From the human T2T-CHM13v2.0 reference genome, Homo sapiens: a stretch of DNA of 64,000 nucleotides. The translations under genes were made by a program, and so were the position numbers. Location of the stretch: assembly GCF_009914755.1 (NCBI RefSeq), contig NC_060944.1; one strand, written 5' to 3'. Each line of letters opens with the position of its first letter. The first letter of the stretch is position 1. Below are positions 58,161 to 64,000 of the stretch, piece after piece. The notes under the pieces were generated by a model that worked only from the letters and a program-made list of their open reading frames with translations, was not told where the DNA came from and did not search any database.

Positions 58161-58975
58161 TGTCTTCTTTTGAGAAGTGTCTGCTTATGTCCCTTGTCAA
58201 TGTTTTAATGGGGTTGTTTTCTTAATGTTCAACATCACTAATCATCAGAGAAATGCAAATCAATGTGAGATACCATCTCATATTAGTCAGAATGGCTACT
58301 ATTAAAAAGTAAAAAAAAATAACAAATTCTGGTTAGACTTCAGAGAAAATGAAATGCTTATACACTGTTGGTGAGAATGTAAATAGTTCAGCCACTGTGA
58401 AAAGCAGTTTGGAGATTTTTCAAAGAATTTAAAACAGATGTACTATTCAACCAGCAATTCCATTGCTGAGTATATATCCAAAAGAAAATTAAAAATTCTA
58501 CAAAAAGAAACCCCACATGCACTTGTATATGCGTCATATTGCTATTCACAATAGGGAAGGCATGGAATTAACTTATGTGTGAACCAATAAATTGGATAGA
58601 AATATGTGCCACATATACACCATAAAATACTACGCACACATTAAAAAGAATACAATCATGTCCTGTGCAGCAACATGCATACGTCTGGAGGCCATTATCC
58701 TAGGGAAATTAATACAGGAACAGAAAACCAAATACCACATGTTCTTGCCTATAAGAAGGATCTAAACATGGGGTACTCATGAATATAAAGATGACAGCAA
58801 TAGACACTGAGAACTACTAGATGAAGGAGGGAAGGAGGAGGGCAGGGGGTGATAAACTATGAGTGCTATGCTTACTGCCTAGGTGATGGGATCTATTATA
58901 TCCCACATTGTTCAGCATCACACAATATATCCATGTAATAAACCTGCAAATATACTCCCTGAATCTAAAAAAAAT
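58161..58975 (+). mobile_element. L1 3' end with short inverted 5' segment
   Basis: Antisense 58161-58225, then sense from TGTTCAACATCACTAATCATCAGAG to CCCTGAATCTAAAAAAA. Confidence 0.82.
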
Positions 58976-58979
58976 TAAG

Positions 58980-64000
<5,021 letters not shown>

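Overview
Primate (human or great-ape-like) genomic DNA from a repeat-rich segmental-duplication mosaic related to the 4q35/FSHD neighbourhood. The exact locus and species cannot be fixed from sequence alone. From left to right it contains: (1) exons 4-9 of an unprocessed FRG1 paralog (+), with an open frame through exon 8 but a mutated exon-9 acceptor; (2) a single disabled MLLT10 exon (-); (3) an Alu/L1PA3/older-L1/MST/MER4-group stack; (4) an ancient ERVL provirus remnant (pro, RT, RNaseH, IN, candidate 3' LTR) interrupted by Alus, an L1 and an MLT2 LTR; (5) a 75-bp VNTR, and a 2-kb TG-rich array carrying a solo HERV-K LTR5; (6) a Tigger1 fused to a homeobox-less DUX4c-like/D4Z4 fragment; (7) two tandem, Alu-free, diverged 5S rDNA units (-), one holding a solo LTR2; (8) mostly L1, L2, LTR and Alu to the end. 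No intact protein-coding gene is fully contained, and nearly all ORFs in the track come from repeats. I found no convincing wholly new biological system. The best leads are the DUX4c-type C-terminus that reads through into the DUX4 acidic activation motifs, the Alu-free 5S units with intact D-boxes, and the near-intact FRG1 frame. Gene and family names come from my recall of reference sequences, not from a database search. Repeat boundaries are approximate unless a target-site duplication (TSD) is quoted.
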